The position numbers were made by a program, and so were the translations under genes. A DNA stretch of 64,000 bases from positions 50,347-114,346 of the forward strand of contig WVXO01000061.1 of NCBI GenBank assembly GCA_011773465.1, read 5' to 3'. Positions 17,220 through 27,537 of this stretch are shown here, one piece after another (position 1 is the stretch's first letter; the number at the start of each line of letters is the position of its first letter). The notes below the pieces were generated by a model. It saw only the letters and a program-made list of their open reading frames with translations. It was not told where the DNA came from and made no database searches. This DNA comes from Candidatus Aminicenantes bacterium (GTDB lineage Bacteria > Acidobacteriota > Aminicenantia > Aminicenantales > Aminicenantaceae).

Positions 17220-19382
17220 ATGCGATTTAAGCGAGCTCTGTTAATTTTCGCTATTTTCTTCTTATTTGTCGGAGCAACCTCCCTTGCCCTCGCTGATGAA
17301 GGCATGTGGATGCCGCATCAGATGAAAGATCTCAACCTCAAGGATTTGGGTCTTAAGATGAACCCGGATGACCTTTACAAAAAGGATGGAACTGGCCTAA
17401 TGAGCGCCGTGATCTCTCTGGGAGGCGGTACGGGAGGATTTGTAAGCCGCGATGGCCTTATTCTAACAAATCATCATGTAGCTTTCGGTGCCTTGCAGCG
17501 AGCTTCCAGCGAGGAAAAAGACTACATTAGAGATGGCTTTATTGCCTGGAACAAAAACGAAGAAATCTCTGCCAAAGGATACATAGCAGATGTTCTCTTA
17601 GGATATGAAGACGTAACAGATGATATCTTATCCGCTATTAAACCACAAATGAGCTTCTTGGAGAAATACAATGCCATCGACAGGGCAAAGAAAGAATTGA
17701 TCGCCAAAGCAGAAAAGGAAGGAAAAGACATCCGTTGCAATGTGGCTAACATGTACAGTGGAAATGAATATTACCTTTTTCGGTTTAAAAGAATAAAGGA
17801 TATTCGACTCGTCTACGCCCCGACCCAGGATCTCGGGAATTTTGGCGGGGACATAGACAATTGGATGTGGCCTCGTCACACATGTGATTTTGCGTTCTTA
17901 AGAGCTTACGTTTCAGAAGATAATGTTGGCGTTGATTTCAGTCAAAACAATGTCCCTTATAAGCCTAAATCCGTATTGAAGATATCTATCGATGGTTTCA
18001 AAGAAGGAGATTTTAATTTTGTCATGGGCTATCCTGGAAGGACATACAGAAATTATACTCTTTCAGAACTTCAATTTGATATAGATGCCATGTTGAAAAG
18101 AATCGAGATCTATAAAGATACTATCGCCTTCTTTGAAAAAGCTGGAGACAAGTCGAGAGAGATTCAAATCAAATATGCACGTTTGATTAGAGGGCTCAAT
18201 AATTCTCTAAAGAACTATCAGGGAAAAATTGAGGGAATGGGGAAAACTTCTATTGTTGACCGGAAAAAATCCCAAGAAAAGGATTTTCTGGAATGGATTA
18301 ATAAAGACCGGCAAAGACAGAAGGAACGTGGAGAAATTCTGGGAAAAGTTAAAAACTTTATGGAAAAATACTACGTTTATTACTGGAAAAATAACTTACT
18401 CTCAGGACTTGTGAGTTCTTATCTTGGCTCAACCTTGCTTGCCCAAGCCTACCAAGTTTGGAGGACTGCCGAAGAGCGGCAGAAACCAGATATGGAAAGA
18501 GAGCCTTCTTACCAGGAGCGAAATTTGCCCTATATCAAGATGAGAATCCAGCTTGCAGAGAAAGGTTATGACCTAAAAACTGACAGAAGTTTTTTAAAGT
18601 ACAGACTTAAGAAACTTTTTGACTCTCCTGAAGACCAGGTCCCTTCAGCTTTTAAAGGAATCATAGGGAAACATTCGGAAAAAGCTGTAGATGATTATGT
18701 CGATCATCTCTATGATAAAACACCCCTGGCCGATTCCAAAAAAAGAGTGGAGCTTCTCGAAAAGACCCCTATAGAGCTTATGAAACTCAACGTTCCCATC
18801 CTCAATCTTGCAGCAGAACTTGAAAAAGAAATGAAAGTTCTAAGGGAGGAAAAGAAAATCCTCGCCCAAGAGCGTCTGGAATTGAAAAAAGTCTATGTGG
18901 ATTCTCTTATGAAACTGAAGGAAGGGAGAATTGCTCCTGACGCTAACTCTACAATTCGTTTTACTTATGGATTTGTGGAGGGGTATTATCCCAAAGACGC
19001 TGTCTACTATCTTCCCCAAACAGCTTTAAAGGGAGTAATCGAGAAAGACACCGGGAAATTCCCTTTTCATGTTCCTGTGAAACTTAAAGAGCTTTACAAG
19101 GAAAAAGATTTTGGTCCCTATATCGATAAAAAGCTAAAAGATATCGCAATCTGCTTCATCAATACCACAAACGTCACTGGAGGAAATTCAGGCTCTCCTA
19201 CCCTCAACGCGAAAGGAGAACAGGTAGGCATCATTTTTGATATGACCTATGAGAGCGTTATAGGAGATTACTATATCGTTCCAGAACTGCAAAGAACTAT
19301 CAGCGTCGATATCCGCTATGTTCTTTTTATAACGGATAAGTTTTCACGCGCAAAGCATATCATCAAAGAATTGGGATATTAG
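17220..19382 (+). CDS. Secreted S46-family dipeptidyl-peptidase (DPP7/DPP11-like serine protease)
   Basis: Signal peptide, ADEGMWMPHQ, LTNHHV (His) and GGNSGSP (Ser). Confidence 0.85.
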   Translation: MRFKRALLIFAIFFLFVGATSLALADEGMWMPHQMKDLNLKDLGLKMNPDDLYKKDGTGLMSAVISLGGGTGGFVSRDGLILTNHHVAFGALQRASSEEKDYIRDGFIAWNKNEEISAKGYIADVLLGYEDVTDDILSAIKPQMSFLEKYNAIDRAKKELIAKAEKEGKDIRCNVANMYSGNEYYLFRFKRIKDIRLVYAPTQDLGNFGGDIDNWMWPRHTCDFAFLRAYVSEDNVGVDFSQNNVPYKPKSVLKISIDGFKEGDFNFVMGYPGRTYRNYTLSELQFDIDAMLKRIEIYKDTIAFFEKAGDKSREIQIKYARLIRGLNNSLKNYQGKIEGMGKTSIVDRKKSQEKDFLEWINKDRQRQKERGEILGKVKNFMEKYYVYYWKNNLLSGLVSSYLGSTLLAQAYQVWRTAEERQKPDMEREPSYQERNLPYIKMRIQLAEKGYDLKTDRSFLKYRLKKLFDSPEDQVPSAFKGIIGKHSEKAVDDYVDHLYDKTPLADSKKRVELLEKTPIELMKLNVPILNLAAELEKEMKVLREEKKILAQERLELKKVYVDSLMKLKEGRIAPDANSTIRFTYGFVEGYYPKDAVYYLPQTALKGVIEKDTGKFPFHVPVKLKELYKEKDFGPYIDKKLKDIAICFINTTNVTGGNSGSPTLNAKGEQVGIIFDMTYESVIGDYYIVPELQRTISVDIRYVLFITDKFSRAKHIIKELGY

Positions 19383-19615
19383 AAAAAAGACAGGCTTGAA
19401 ATTTCTATTCTTTACATCATCTCTCGTTCAATCATACTGAAAGATTCACGACTAAATATGAGTGTTGAATATCGCCTTTGAATTATATTAGTCTATGTTA
19501 ATTCAAGACTGTTCGATATGTTCAAACGGAATTAATTTTATTTGAAATTCGCGTATTTTTGTGTTATGAGTTATTCAAACAGTGATGCATCAAAAATCAC
19601 TTAGGGAGGCTGCTG

Positions 19616-21058
19616 ATGACTAGGAAAAATCTCTCTCTTTTCCCTTTTTTGCTTTTGTTTATCTTTCTTCTTGCGACATTTTCTTTTTCCCAACAGAAAG
19701 GCAATATGGAAAAAATTGTTGTCTCTAAGACTGAAAAAACTCTTGAAGTTAGGGTACTTTTAAGCTTTTTCTCATACTATCGCCAGTTTGAGCTAACTAG
19801 GCCAAATAGAGTTGTCATCGACTGTTTTGATATAAGGGCCATTAAGGCTCCTCGTTTCCTCAGGATAAATGCTCTTGGAGTCCGTGGCATCAGGACAGGC
19901 AAGTTTAGGGCAAACATAGCCAGAGTTGTTTTTGATATGCTTGATGGAATACCCCCTTATAAAGTCGAGACTATTGATAATGGATTGAGAATATTATTCT
20001 GGTCAGAAGAAGAAAAGGTTATTGAAGAAAAGGTTATTGAAGAAAAACCGGAAATAGGAGTAGAAGATGCGATTTGTGACATGAACGTCACCCCTGTAAG
20101 GGCTAACCTAAATGATCCGATATTATTGGATATGAGCGGCTCTAAGAATGCCAAATCCATGGAAGTAGAGGTTTTTGACAAAGAGGGGATAAGAATTGAG
20201 TCCCAGACGCTGACTCCAGAGAACCCCAAATGGGAAACAAGATTTGATCAACCGGGAGAGTATTTTTTTAAGGGAAAAGCTTTTAGTAAGGAGGATAAGC
20301 CGTCTGAAAATCTCTGTGAAGCAAAAACATACATCAATGCGCCTCCTGTTACCAGATTGGAGGCCAAACCCCGTAGAGCTCAAATCCAAAAACCAATCAA
20401 TTTAGACGCAACAGATTCTACCGATCCGGATGGAGAGGTTCTAAGGATTGACTTTGAGATCACAGATGAAGAGGGAAATATTATTGATAGATTCACGGAT
20501 AACGAAAAGCCATTTTCCTGGGAAAAAATATTTGAAGATATAGGAGTGTATACTATAGCAGCTATCGGTATGGATGATTTCGGCGCAGTTTCCGAACCAG
20601 CTCTGGTTAAGGTAGTAGCAAGAGAAGGCAAAAAGAGACTTTTTTTCGTGATGGATGAAGGCGTCCTGGCTGCCCGAGGGCAAGATACGTATATTGTATT
20701 CGCGGCTGGAAGATTAGGCATAGCTTACGAGATCCTTCCCGGCACATTAGATATTATTATCAGAGGAGGGGCAGCCTATACGAATGCCAGTGCGCCCTGG
20801 AAGTCTTTCTTCAATGGTAGCTTAACCTTAAGTTTCCATATCGGCCCTTTTTCCATCGGAGCTGGCGCTGGTGTCGCGACAAGGGACATAGAAACATTGC
20901 CAAAATCCTATGGTGAAGCCGTGGCCAACATCGGGATCAATTTATTTAATCTTTCTAAAACTAAAATTTCTATCCTCTTTGAAGCGGCAGGACCTGTTTC
21001 AAATTTATCGTTCGAAGACCACCATAAACTAATGGCCAGTTTCAGACTTAAGTTTTAG
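19616..21058 (+). CDS. Outer-membrane protein with N-terminal AMIN domain, PKD-like repeats and a C-terminal beta-barrel ending in Phe
   Basis: Signal peptide, an AMIN-like segment (RVVIDCFDIRA..IARVVFDM), DATDSTDPDG and a terminal FRLKF. Confidence 0.65.
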   Translation: MTRKNLSLFPFLLLFIFLLATFSFSQQKGNMEKIVVSKTEKTLEVRVLLSFFSYYRQFELTRPNRVVIDCFDIRAIKAPRFLRINALGVRGIRTGKFRANIARVVFDMLDGIPPYKVETIDNGLRILFWSEEEKVIEEKVIEEKPEIGVEDAICDMNVTPVRANLNDPILLDMSGSKNAKSMEVEVFDKEGIRIESQTLTPENPKWETRFDQPGEYFFKGKAFSKEDKPSENLCEAKTYINAPPVTRLEAKPRRAQIQKPINLDATDSTDPDGEVLRIDFEITDEEGNIIDRFTDNEKPFSWEKIFEDIGVYTIAAIGMDDFGAVSEPALVKVVAREGKKRLFFVMDEGVLAARGQDTYIVFAAGRLGIAYEILPGTLDIIIRGGAAYTNASAPWKSFFNGSLTLSFHIGPFSIGAGAGVATRDIETLPKSYGEAVANIGINLFNLSKTKISILFEAAGPVSNLSFEDHHKLMASFRLKF

Positions 21059-21083
21059 GCTTAAAAAAAGCGAACCTTCAAGA

Positions 21084-21110
21084 AGCCAAGGAGAAATCCT
21101 TGGCTTTCCC
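21084..21110. terminator. Hairpin terminator between convergent genes
   Basis: AGCCAAGGA-gaaa-TCCTTGGCT with T-rich flanks. A 17-nt partial duplicate (GAGAAATCCTTGGCTTT) recurs at 21134-21150. Confidence 0.5.
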
Positions 21111-21247
21111 TTTATTATCTGGTTGTTTTTATTCTCCCAAAAGAGAAATCCTTGGCTTTTTTATTAATTATCCTTTTATTTGACTTTGACGTAAAATCTA
21201 TTATTTATTATCCCCAGGCATGTGATCACTACGGAAAGGATTTTACT

Positions 21248-22771
21248 TTATTTCAACGAACCGACTGCTTTCTCAACCGCCTCTAAAATCTCTCCGGATT
21301 CCACAATTTCTTTGAGCTTGTTGATATCATCATACAGAGGACGATCTTCCTCAAGGTGATCGACATACTTGCGAATAATGCGAGAAGCTGCTTGTACACC
21401 TTTGCCTGGTTTGATAGGCTTTCGAAAATCTACGGCCTGGGCACCGGCCATTAATTCCACAGCAAGCACGGCCTGAGCATTGTCGATAATCTGTTGAGTT
21501 TTTAGAGCTGTGGTCATTCCCATGCTGACAAAGTCTTCCTGGTCGGCTGCAGCAGAAATCGAACCTGTGGCAGCTGGATGAGAGAGTATTCTGTTTTCAC
21601 AGACGAGTGCACCTGCCGTATACTGAGAAAGCATCAAACCAGAAAACATCCCGGCTCCTTTGGTTAAAAAGGCTGGCAACCCCACGCTCAAATGTGGATT
21701 CATCAGCCTGTTTGTCCTCCTCTCAGATAGAACACAGACCGTGGTGATTGCTAGTCCCAATAGTTCAAGGGCAAAAGCCATAGGGGTTCCCTGAAAATTG
21801 GCTCCTGTAAGCACCAAGTCATCTTCAGGAAAGAAAGTTGGATTATCAGCAGCACCGTTAAGCTCGGTCTCAAGCATGTAGCGGGCCCACTTAAGAGCAT
21901 CCCGGACTGCACCCATCACCTGAGGTGTGCTCCGCAGACTGTAACAATCCTGGACTTTTTTCCCTTTCTGAGCTAAAAGCTCGCTGCCTTCTGTTATTTG
22001 TCTGATGTTTGCGCTCGCTTCCAGCGCTCCAGGATAGCCGCGGACTTTGTGCAGCCTTTCATCATAAGCCTTCATGTTGGCGTTGAGGACTTCTAAAGTC
22101 ATGGCCGCAGCAATCTCTGAATTCTTTATCCAGCGCTCTGCATCGTATATCTCTAAAACTCCCAGGCCAACGATGATATTGGAACCGTTAATCGTGGCCA
22201 ATCCGTCGCGGGCTTCGTAGACGATAACCGGAATGCCAGCTCTGTCCATCGCCTCCTTCCCAGGTAACCGCTCTCCTTTATAAAAAGCCTCTCCTTCTCC
22301 CATGGGTACGAGAGCCATCTGTGCCATAGGAGAAAGATCGCCACAAGCTCCGACCGAACCTTTTTCACAGACAACAGGCGTTACTCCTTTGTTCAGCATT
22401 TCCTTCAGCGTCTCCACGACAACAGGCCTCAAACCTGAATGGCCATGGCAGTGGCAATTTATCCGGCTCAGGATGGCTGCTCGGACAACTTCGATGGACA
22501 AGGGTTTTCCGTATCCTGCCGCATGGCTGTAAATTAGATATTTCTGGTATTTTTCAACCTGTTCCTGGGTCAAAACAACTTCCGAAAGTTCCCCGATGCC
22601 GGTGTTGACTCCGTACATGATTTCTTTTTTCTTTATTTTTTCCTCAAGAAGGTCTCTGCATTTTTTAATTCTTTTCATTGCCTCAGGATGAATGGCTATT
22701 TTTTCGCCTTCCCGAGCAACTTGGACAACTTTTTCTACGGTCAGGCTATGTCCGTCAAGCGTAATAGTCAT
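21248..22771 (-). CDS. MIO-dependent ammonia-lyase/aminomutase family protein (HutH-like)
   Basis: YGVNTGIG, SHAAGYG, YSLRSTPQVMGA, NGAADNP and DQEDFVSMG. The MIO tripeptide position reads GSVGACGDL. Confidence 0.85.
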   Translation of the reverse strand: MTITLDGHSLTVEKVVQVAREGEKIAIHPEAMKRIKKCRDLLEEKIKKKEIMYGVNTGIGELSEVVLTQEQVEKYQKYLIYSHAAGYGKPLSIEVVRAAILSRINCHCHGHSGLRPVVVETLKEMLNKGVTPVVCEKGSVGACGDLSPMAQMALVPMGEGEAFYKGERLPGKEAMDRAGIPVIVYEARDGLATINGSNIIVGLGVLEIYDAERWIKNSEIAAAMTLEVLNANMKAYDERLHKVRGYPGALEASANIRQITEGSELLAQKGKKVQDCYSLRSTPQVMGAVRDALKWARYMLETELNGAADNPTFFPEDDLVLTGANFQGTPMAFALELLGLAITTVCVLSERRTNRLMNPHLSVGLPAFLTKGAGMFSGLMLSQYTAGALVCENRILSHPAATGSISAAADQEDFVSMGMTTALKTQQIIDNAQAVLAVELMAGAQAVDFRKPIKPGKGVQAASRIIRKYVDHLEEDRPLYDDINKLKEIVESGEILEAVEKAVGSLK

Positions 22772-22970
22772 GATGACTCCTCCTTAAACTCTAAACCTAT
22801 CTGTACCAATGGAATCAATCTTTTATAACTTTTATTATCTTTTTTAAGCCAGATATACTATTTTATATTTTTGCTGCAAATTATAAAAGCTATTCAAGCT
22901 ATGAAAGCCCGACCTCAAAGCAAGCTCCTAGTTATTCAAGTCTGACTCTTTCAGAATGATCTCATTAAAC

Positions 22971-23366
22971 TCAATCAAAAAGTTCCTTCTTTATCCAAAG
23001 ATAACCAATCGTAAAAAAGGCAAAAAATAAACTGAGTACAACTATATTTAAGGTTATAGACGTTGTGATACCTAAGATAAAAAGTGAATCAAAGAGCCAC
23101 ATGCCCATAGCCACCAAGGAGGCCACAAACCCATATTTTTTCAGCTTTATTAGCCCGAAAGAACCAACATAAAGAAATACAGACAAAATGATATCTGGAG
23201 CGGCCATGGCATTGTAGACAGCAGGGTCAACAGGAATTGTCGAGGGAAATGCCTTCCCCACAAATCTCACCAGCCAAAAAATATCTATAGCAAAAGCCGC
23301 AAAAAACATAACGACTGAAATGACAATCAATCCTAGAGGAACTTTCTTGGGCTCGGGTCTCAACAT
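22971..23366 (-). CDS. Small 4-TM membrane protein
   Basis: Hydrophobicity pattern only. Confidence 0.5.
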   Translation of the reverse strand: MLRPEPKKVPLGLIVISVVMFFAAFAIDIFWLVRFVGKAFPSTIPVDPAVYNAMAAPDIILSVFLYVGSFGLIKLKKYGFVASLVAMGMWLFDSLFILGITTSITLNIVVLSLFFAFFTIGYLWIKKELFD

Positions 23367-23663
23367 TTTACTTTTATAGAAATCATGATTGGGATCTGAA
23401 TATATTTGGGATCAGAAAATGATTTGAGTCGGATTTCAGCATTTTACATATTCAGCACTCAGGAGAAAAAACTAACTAAGAATGTTAGACAGAAGAGGAA
23501 GATATGTCAAATTTTCCAAGGCGCTATCTAAGAACAATTACCTAGATAAAGAAACTGCTCGGATACATGACACTAAAGCAAAGCGTCTATTAGTCATTTA
23601 GTTTGACTCTTTCTTCATGAATTGTTATTCTTTTGCCAAACAGGCGAAAAAGGATGGTGGGCT

Positions 23664-26126
23664 ATGAAATGTCCTAAGTGTCATTTTGAAAATCCTGACG
23701 ATTCTATATATTGCGGTAAATGCTCTACCCTACTTTATCCCTCAGAGGAAATTTCTCCCACAAAAACTTTTGAGACACCCGCGAAAGGATTAACCAAAGG
23801 GACCACCTTCGCCTCCAGGTATGAAGTCTTAGAAGAACTAGGAAAAGGAGGCATGGGCCGAGTCTACAAGGCTTTAGATAAGGAGATTAATGAAGAAGTT
23901 GCCATAAAACTCCTGAAACCTGAAATTGCCTCTGATGAAAGTACGGTTGAACGCTTCCGGAATGAGTTGAAATTTGCCCGCAAGATTGCTCACAAGAATG
24001 TCTGTAAGATGTATCACCTGGCAAAAGAGGAAGAGACTCCCTATATCACCATGGAGTATGTTCCGGGTGAAGACCTGAAGAGCCTGGTAAAAAGGAAGGG
24101 AAAGTTAACAGACGCGGAAGCAATTTCTATAGCTAAGCAAGTGTGTGAAGGTTTGGCTGAGGCGCATGAGTTAGGGGTTGTGCATCGGGACCTAAAACCG
24201 CAGAACATCATGATCGACGAAAAACGCCGGGCAAAGATCATGGATTTTGGCATAGCCCGTTCGGTTGAAGCACCCGGGATGACAGTGACAGGCGTGATGA
24301 TAGGGACGCCGGACTACATCTCCCCTGAGCAGGCAGAGGGAGAGGAGGCAGATCAGAGATCAGACATATATTCATTGGGTGTCATCCTGTATGAGTTGGT
24401 CACAGGAAGCGTCCCTTTTAAAGGAGACACAGCATTGAGTGTTGCTTTAAAACACAAGTCCAAGATACCTCAAGAACCGAAAAAGCTCAATCCTGAGATT
24501 TCAGAAGATCTTAGCCGTTTGATAATGATATGCATGGAGAAGGATAGAGAGATGAGGTATCAGACTGCAGGAGAACTCTTATCTGAATTAGACAAGATAG
24601 ATAAAGGTATTCCCCTAGCAAAAAGAATGCCTCTAAAGAGAAAGATTGAGATTAAATGGAAGAGTCTTCTTCTCTATGGGGGAGTTCCATTTCTTATGGT
24701 TTTAATCATCGCAGGTGCGATCTATCTGTACACGACTCGCGCTGCAACCATCGATTCTATTGCTGTCCTGCCGTTTGAGAACCTCACGGGTGATGCGGAA
24801 CAAGAATATTTCGTCAATTGGATAACCGATGAATTGATCGGAAAGCTGGGCCGGGTTGGACCGCTCCGAGTGATTTCTTTCAGGTCAATGAAGCGATACA
24901 AGGGCTCGGAGAAATCATTGCAGGAGATCGCCGAAGAGTTAAACGTGGATGCAGTTGTGACAGGAACAGTGCAGCAGGCAGGAGAAAACGTAAGCATCCG
25001 GGTGCAGTTGATAGATGTATTTCCCGAGGAGCGGAACCTTTGGGAGGAAACATATGACCGGGTTTTGACTGATATTTTGATGATGCACAGTGAAATAGCA
25101 CGGACTATTGCGCAGGAAGTCAGGGCCAAACTGACATCACAGGCAGAGACAATCTTAGCCAGTACCCGCCAAGTTAATCCCGATGCTCAGGAAGCCTACC
25201 TGAAGGGTTTATATCACATGAACCAAGGAACCCCAGAAGCATACCAAAAGGCCGTAACCTATCTCCACGAAGCTGTCGAGAAAGACCCGTCAGATGCGTT
25301 GGCGTATGCGGGGCTGGCGGCCGCTTACATTCAGATCGCTCATAGCGCTTTGGCTACAGAAGATTCCTTGCCGCGAGCCAAGGCAGCCGCACAAAGAGCA
25401 GTGAGGCTGGATGATACGCTGGCCGAAAGTCTCAACGCTTTCGGTTTTATAGCGGGATACTATGATTGGGAATGGGAGACTGCAGAAAAGGCCTTCCAGC
25501 GTGCTCTGGAAATCAATCCCAATTTGGCCCATGCTCACTACTGGTATTCGTGGCAGCTTGTCCTATTCGGACGCATGGATGAAGCCATAGCCGAACACAA
25601 ACGGGCGCAGGAGTTGGATCCGCTAACGCCTCTGAATACGGCTTGGCTGGGAGGATTGTACTGGTACGGGGGACGATACGATGAGGCTCTAGAAGAAGTT
25701 CAAAAGGCGCTTGCATTGAGTCCCGATAGCTGGCACGGATTGTACGTACTAGGAAATACCTACACGGATGCGGGGAGGTATGAGGAGGCCATCGCGGTGT
25801 TCCAAAAGGCAGCGGCGCTCTACCCAGAGTTAAGATTTCTCCTTGGACGCGCCTATGCACTGGCTGGTCGGAGGGATGAGGCGCTGAAGATACTGGCTGA
25901 ACTGGATGAAGAAGAAGCCACCCCATTCGGTGCTTTCGGTATGGCCTCACTATGCACAGCCCTGGGAGAAAAGGATAAGGCCTTCCGCTGGCTGAATTAT
26001 GAGCATCCCCATGCGTGGTTTCCTTGGGCTAGGGTGGATCCTCAATTCGCGCCTCTGCGCGACGATCCCCGCTTCAAGGATCTGCTGCGAAAGATGAACC
26101 TGCCAGAGTTGAAAGAATCTCCCTGA
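23664..26126 (+). CDS. Ser/Thr protein kinase with N-terminal zinc ribbon, TM segment and C-terminal TPR region
   Basis: CPKCHFEN..YCGKC, HRDLKPQNIM, DFGIA and GTPDYISPEQ, one TM segment, and TPR-like repeats to the end. I prefer the ATG at 23664 (MKCPKC). Confidence 0.85.
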   Translation: MKCPKCHFENPDDSIYCGKCSTLLYPSEEISPTKTFETPAKGLTKGTTFASRYEVLEELGKGGMGRVYKALDKEINEEVAIKLLKPEIASDESTVERFRNELKFARKIAHKNVCKMYHLAKEEETPYITMEYVPGEDLKSLVKRKGKLTDAEAISIAKQVCEGLAEAHELGVVHRDLKPQNIMIDEKRRAKIMDFGIARSVEAPGMTVTGVMIGTPDYISPEQAEGEEADQRSDIYSLGVILYELVTGSVPFKGDTALSVALKHKSKIPQEPKKLNPEISEDLSRLIMICMEKDREMRYQTAGELLSELDKIDKGIPLAKRMPLKRKIEIKWKSLLLYGGVPFLMVLIIAGAIYLYTTRAATIDSIAVLPFENLTGDAEQEYFVNWITDELIGKLGRVGPLRVISFRSMKRYKGSEKSLQEIAEELNVDAVVTGTVQQAGENVSIRVQLIDVFPEERNLWEETYDRVLTDILMMHSEIARTIAQEVRAKLTSQAETILASTRQVNPDAQEAYLKGLYHMNQGTPEAYQKAVTYLHEAVEKDPSDALAYAGLAAAYIQIAHSALATEDSLPRAKAAAQRAVRLDDTLAESLNAFGFIAGYYDWEWETAEKAFQRALEINPNLAHAHYWYSWQLVLFGRMDEAIAEHKRAQELDPLTPLNTAWLGGLYWYGGRYDEALEEVQKALALSPDSWHGLYVLGNTYTDAGRYEEAIAVFQKAAALYPELRFLLGRAYALAGRRDEALKILAELDEEEATPFGAFGMASLCTALGEKDKAFRWLNYEHPHAWFPWARVDPQFAPLRDDPRFKDLLRKMNLPELKESP

Positions 26127-26289
26127 ATAAGCTTCCTTTTGGGAAATTCCTTTTTTGAACATAAAAGAGAGGTACTTTAGGGAACGTGCCCAATTTCAGG
26201 GAGGCGTTCTCATTTTGGGAATCATCCCCGTTTATAAAAATTATTAAAGTATTAAAACTCTAACCTCGCAGTTTTCCCGCAGTTTCCGG

Positions 26290-26318
26290 TTGACATATTC
26301 TATAGGGAAATATATAAG
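26290..26318 (+). promoter_or_regulatory. Sigma70-type promoter TTGACA-17-TATAAG upstream of tdh
   Basis: Hexamers at 26290-26295 and 26313-26318. Preceded by the tandem repeat CGCAGTTTTCC CGCAGTTTCC (26267-26287). Confidence 0.45.
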
Positions 26319-26372
26319 TAAAATCTCTCAAAATCTAAGAAAGGAAAATTCGTAAATCTTGGAGGGAAGAAC

Positions 26373-27353
26373 ATGGCAAAAGAAATGAAAAAAATCATGG
26401 TCACTGGTTCTGTTGGCCAGATTGGATCTGAATTGACCATGGCTCTAAGAAAGAAATACGGCAACGACAATGTGCTTGCCACAGGCCATAGAACCAAACC
26501 CAGCCCTGAACTCCGCGACTCTGGCCCGTTTGAATTCATCAACGTCACCAAAAAGGAGACAATCGAAGAAGTCGTTAAGAAATACAACATCGACACCATT
26601 TATCATTTATCTGCAATCCTTTCTGCTGTGGGAGAAAAAAATCCTGTGCTCTGCTGGGATGTGAACATGAACGGAACCTATAACATCCTTGAAGTGGCCC
26701 TCGAACATGATATGACGAGAATCTTTATTCCCAGTTCTATCGCTGCTTTTGGCCCTGAAACCCCTCTTGATAATACTCCTCAGGAAACAATTCTAAGACC
26801 AAAAACTATGTATGGAGTGACCAAGGTTGCCGGAGAGCTTCTCTGCGATTATTATGTCAAGCGCTTCGGCCTTGATATTAGAGGCTGCCGCTACCCGGGC
26901 ATCATAAGCTATGAGACGCTGCCTGGAGGAGGAACAACAGATTACGCTGTAGCTATTTATTTTGAAGCTGTAAAAAATAAGAAATACACCTGCTTTGTGA
27001 AAGAAGACACGAGACTCCCGATGATGTACATGCCAGACTGCCTCAAAGCTGCCATGGATTTAATGGAAGCAGATTTTTCCCGACTGAAGCATCACTCTGA
27101 CTTCAACGTGACTGCTATGAGTTTTTCTGCTGGCGAATTAGCAGCAGAAATCAAGAAGTATATTCCTGAATTTACTTGTGAGTACGAGCCCGATTTCAGG
27201 CAGGAGATCGCTGATTCATGGCCCAATTCTCTTGACGACTCTGCTGCGCGTGAGGAATGGGGATGGGAGCCAAGCTATGAGCTGGCTGCTATGACCAAGG
27301 ATATGCTTGAAGTTCTCAGTAGGCGCCACGCAGAGGGAAAACTGAATTATTAA
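26373..27353 (+). CDS. tdh: NAD-dependent L-threonine 3-dehydrogenase of the epimerase/SDR-like type
   Basis: GSVGQIGSEL Rossmann motif and YGVTK catalytic motif. Overall similarity to UDP-glucose-epimerase-like TDHs. kbl lies nearby. Confidence 0.75.
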   Translation: MAKEMKKIMVTGSVGQIGSELTMALRKKYGNDNVLATGHRTKPSPELRDSGPFEFINVTKKETIEEVVKKYNIDTIYHLSAILSAVGEKNPVLCWDVNMNGTYNILEVALEHDMTRIFIPSSIAAFGPETPLDNTPQETILRPKTMYGVTKVAGELLCDYYVKRFGLDIRGCRYPGIISYETLPGGGTTDYAVAIYFEAVKNKKYTCFVKEDTRLPMMYMPDCLKAAMDLMEADFSRLKHHSDFNVTAMSFSAGELAAEIKKYIPEFTCEYEPDFRQEIADSWPNSLDDSAAREEWGWEPSYELAAMTKDMLEVLSRRHAEGKLNY

Positions 27354-27537
27354 TAACATCTTTATTATTAGGTAATTAGCTTAAAAATCACTAACTTAGA
27401 ATGAATTTTCACTCTGATAAAAATAGGAACGATTAGAACTGCTGGGATAAAAAGAAAAAAGTTATCGAATCAGTTATATGTTATATATATTGAATTTCCG
27501 GTATAACTGCCTCTTTCGTTTAATCGCCTTTAAATCT

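Noticed and set aside
24722-26162. Four long minus-strand ORFs (135, 82, 145 and 70 aa) antisense to the kinase gene
   Set aside because: They appear only where the sense gene becomes GC-rich. Their translations are low-complexity (Pro/Arg/Ser-rich), with no motifs or SDs. They are typical shadow ORFs.
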